A DNA stretch of 64,000 bases, taken from contig NC_135827.1 of the NCBI RefSeq assembly GCF_964213995.1, positions 30,876,001-30,940,000 of the forward strand, in the 5' to 3' direction. The first letter of the stretch is position 1. Every line of letters starts with the position of its first letter. A program made the position numbers and the translations under genes. A model generated the notes under the pieces. It ran no database searches. It saw only the letters and a list, made by a program, of their open reading frames with translations, and had not been told where the DNA came from. Positions 63,615-64,000 of the stretch are shown here, piece after piece. Origin of the DNA: Mustelus asterias (taxonomy: Eukaryota).

Positions 63615-64000
63615 GTGTGTGTTGGGGTGTGCGTACGTGTTTTGGGGTGTGTGTGCATGAGTTGGGGTGTGCACGCGTGTGTTGGGATGTGCGTATGTGT
63701 TTTGGAGGGTGCATACGTGTGTTGGGGTGTGCACAGGTGTGTTGGGGTGTGCGCGCGTGTGTTGGGGTGTGCACAGGTGTGTTGGGGTGTGCGCGCGTGT
63801 GTTGGGGTGTGCGCGCGTGTGTTGGGGTGTGCGCGCGTGTGTTGGGGTGTGCGCGCGTGTGTTGGGGTGTGCGCGCGCGTGTTGGGGTGTGCGCGCGTGT
63901 GTTGGGGTGTGCGCGCGCGTGTTGGGGTGTGCGCGCGCGTGTTGTGGTGTGCGCGCGCGTGTTGGGGTGTGCGCGCGTGCGTTGGGGAGTGCGCGCGTGC
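63615..64000. repeat. 20-bp minisatellite running off the window end
   Basis: unit gttggggtgtgcgcgcgtgt, about 19 copies. Confidence 0.95.

Overview
Vertebrate genomic DNA, very probably a shark (inferred from HE1/V-SINE-type SINEs, Deu-SINEs and CR1, Rex1/Babar and Penelope-like elements). I assembled three protein-coding genes by hand from splice sites and reading phase. TRAPPC4 is on the minus strand (5 coding exons, 219 aa). RPS25 is on the plus strand (4 coding exons plus a 3'UTR exon, 125 aa, with a TCT/5'TOP start). CENATAC/CCDC84 is on the minus strand (exons 2-11; exon 1 not found and possibly in the 200-N gap at 58732-58931). The order and orientation match what I recall of the human CENATAC-RPS25-TRAPPC4 block. 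Most intronic and intergenic DNA is transposon-derived, often nested. The most striking feature is two families of short foldback (inverted-repeat) Penelope-derived elements, several with target-site duplications. They carry minimal type-I hammerhead ribozyme motifs: covarying stems in family A and a U3-A8 core variant in family B. Other leads are two phase-compatible orphan plus-strand exons after the gap, a TE-expanded RPS25/TRAPPC4 head-to-head promoter with a duplicated ZNF143-type module, and U12-type splice signals in CENATAC. Exon coordinates were read base by base; TE boundaries are approximate. No database searches were run.
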